From NCBI GenBank assembly GCA_965645245.1, contig OZ287081.1, positions 868,001 through 932,000 on the forward strand: 64,000 nucleotides of DNA, read 5' to 3'. The notes beneath the pieces are model-generated. The model searched no databases. It was given only the letters and a program-made list of their open reading frames with translations, and was not told the DNA's origin. The stretch is from Massalongia carnosa. Taxonomy: Eukaryota. Positions 62,382 to 64,000 of the stretch are shown in pieces (within the stretch, counting starts at the first letter, position 1; each line of letters starts with the position of its first letter). Made by a program: the position numbers and the translations under genes.

Positions 62382-63652
62382 GAATCTTCTGCTTCTGCGC
62401 TCATCTCGCTAACCCGTCCCTTTCTAGGCTGAGGGCAGTCTTTGGCCATATGCCCGGTCAGATCGCAGTTAAAACATCTTCCTTCCTTCATTCTTTTCTC
62501 CATGATTGGATCGGGATGGGGGGCTCGGGCCATAAAGGGCGTTGAAGATCGGCTGCTGGTGGCGGAAGGCATTGCGGGAGTACGGGTTAATGCGGGGGTG
62601 GAGGCCTTTACGATGGAGGTGGTCCCACCGGCCGTGCTTGCGATAGGTATTGAGGGGCCAACAAAGTTCTTTCGATAGCCTTTCGTCTTGGTCTCAACCT
62701 CGCGGATGGTCTGATCAGTATGCATGCATAGGCGTGCGAATTCATACAAATCGGTGGCCTTGTAGGCCTCGACGGCTAGCATCTTCTGGAGCTCAAAGTT
62801 CATCTTGTTGCGGAGCTCATTCAGTAGGGTCTTTTCGGAATATTCAAGTTCGTTGGCTAAGCGTTGGAATTCTGACCAGAAGGCATGGAATTCTCGATAT
62901 TTACCCACTTGTTTAAGGTCGCGGAATTCTCGCAGTGCTGTTTGTTCCTTGTGAGGGTCACCATATACTCGGTTTAAATCATCGAAAATCTCTTCAGCAG
63001 TGGTAAATGGTTTGGTAGACTCCTTTCTAAATCTAGAGGCTATATGCTTGACTGCCTCACCACCAACCCGAGTCCGTACGTATGCCTTTTTCATGGCCTC
63101 GGTAGGGTACCAATCCGCATTGCCTTCTAGCTTATTTCGCATGCTAGATAGCCAGTCCTCGAAGTTGTCGTCTTTATTATTTTCGAGAATGGGTGGGTCA
63201 GGAAGCTTGGAAGATTTGCCAACTCCTTCGGGGGCAGGTGTTGACGCGGTAGTGGTCGTGTGTGTATGCACATTCTCGGCCGATACGGTGCTTGCGGACG
63301 ATATGTTGGTGTTTTGAAGAAATTGGATTATCACCTTAGCTTTATCCAATTCCTCTTGGGCCGAGTCCCGCTCATCGCGAAGGGTCCGGGCTATCTCTAA
63401 CGTTTCATTGAATCTTTCGGCCACCTTGTTCAATAGGTGGGTCTTCGTTCGGGACTCCGTCTTCAACTCAGTTATCATTTCCACCACCCGCTGGGGGTCC
63501 TGGCGGACAAATTCATTCAGTCTATCCACGGAGTCGATGCTATATGGGGAGTCATCATCGATAATATTAGGGACAATGGACTCACGTCGGCCCTCCATGG
63601 GTTCGTCCATAGTGAGCCTACTCCTTCGAGGCTCGCTGATTACTCGGGGCAT
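62357..63652 (-). CDS. gag: Retrotransposon Gag with a CCHC zinc knuckle
   Basis: KLPDPP..FEDW capsid-like region; CFNCDLTGHMAKDC. Confidence 0.92.
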   Translation of the reverse strand: MPRVISEPRRSRLTMDEPMEGRRESIVPNIIDDDSPYSIDSVDRLNEFVRQDPQRVVEMITELKTESRTKTHLLNKVAERFNETLEIARTLRDERDSAQEELDKAKVIIQFLQNTNISSASTVSAENVHTHTTTTASTPAPEGVGKSSKLPDPPILENNKDDNFEDWLSSMRNKLEGNADWYPTEAMKKAYVRTRVGGEAVKHIASRFRKESTKPFTTAEEIFDDLNRVYGDPHKEQTALREFRDLKQVGKYREFHAFWSEFQRLANELEYSEKTLLNELRNKMNFELQKMLAVEAYKATDLYEFARLCMHTDQTIREVETKTKGYRKNFVGPSIPIASTAGGTTSIVKASTPALTRTPAMPSATSSRSSTPFMARAPHPDPIMEKRMKEGRCFNCDLTGHMAKDCPQPRKGRVSEMSAEAEDSGKDAPPS

Positions 63653-63920
63653 TTCTTCTTTCTTTCTTGGGGGTGTTCTTATCTTGTGATCTTCTATTCG
63701 ATGGCCGAGAAATCCTGGTTTCTACGATCCTGGGTTCTGGTTCTTCTGGGTCTGAGTTCTTCTTTTGATTCTGGTAATTCTGGTGGCCTAGAAATCCTTG
63801 CTTCTAAGGTCCTATGATCTGGTTCTAGTCTAAGTTCCGGGTTCTTCTTCTAATTTTCCTGGTTGAACGGTTTAATATCGTGTTCAGGATAGCAAGGGTT
63901 AAAGAAGATGCTTAGTCTAA

Positions 63921-64000
63921 TGTAAGAACCACTATCCAGGGAAGACGAATAGTAGTCAGCTACCTAAGAGACTAAGCATGAAGAAGAGAAATCTATCTAC
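63921..64000 (-). repeat. 5' LTR (partial)
   Basis: Identical to 58433-58512. Confidence 0.93.

Larger units (their letters stand above)
58433..64000 (-). mobile_element. Ty3/Gypsy chromovirus LTR retrotransposon, apparently intact; the 5' LTR runs off the window
   Basis: 3' LTR 58433-58645 (TG..CA), PPT AAGAGGGGGGGTAG, gag, pol; the 5' LTR from 63921 is identical over the 80 bp visible. Confidence 0.96.

Noticed and set aside
1..64000. tRNA, rRNA, Starship captain recombinase or secondary-metabolite cluster
   Set aside because: No recognisable cloverleaf, rRNA, DUF3435 tyrosine recombinase or PKS/NRPS motifs by eye; tRNAscan-SE and Infernal were not run

Overview
Eukaryotic fungal genomic DNA; the short GT-AG introns with CTAAC/CTGAC branch points and the gene content indicate a filamentous ascomycete (Pezizomycotina, inferred). 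Bases 1-49,000 hold about 16 spliced genes: a CCCH zinc-finger protein 3' end, cystathionine gamma-lyase with CYS-3/MetR-type promoter sites, DEP1, NOP12, a coiled-coil protein, RAD17, AMP deaminase, an F-box/zinc-finger protein, ABP1, a PEBP, DNM1, YEA4, CDC55, TPC1 and two hypothetical proteins. One decayed Fot1/pogo transposon with ~235-bp TIRs lies among them. From ~49,280 to the end is a nested transposon cluster whose insertion order can be partly reconstructed. It contains a Tc1 element, then an old Fot1/pogo TIR split at a TA by a younger copy of the same family. Inside that younger copy are a 23-bp minisatellite, a second Tc1 carrying a solo LTR, an LTR-like fragment, and a two-ORF PIF/Harbinger-superfamily element with an AAT target duplication (Pangu-like). 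Last is an intact Ty3/Gypsy chromovirus with a -1 frameshift signal and a Tf1-type self-priming site. Exon boundaries were read by eye and no database searches were run. I found no evidence for a wholly new system; the strongest leads are the Pangu-like element and the self-nested Fot1 unit.
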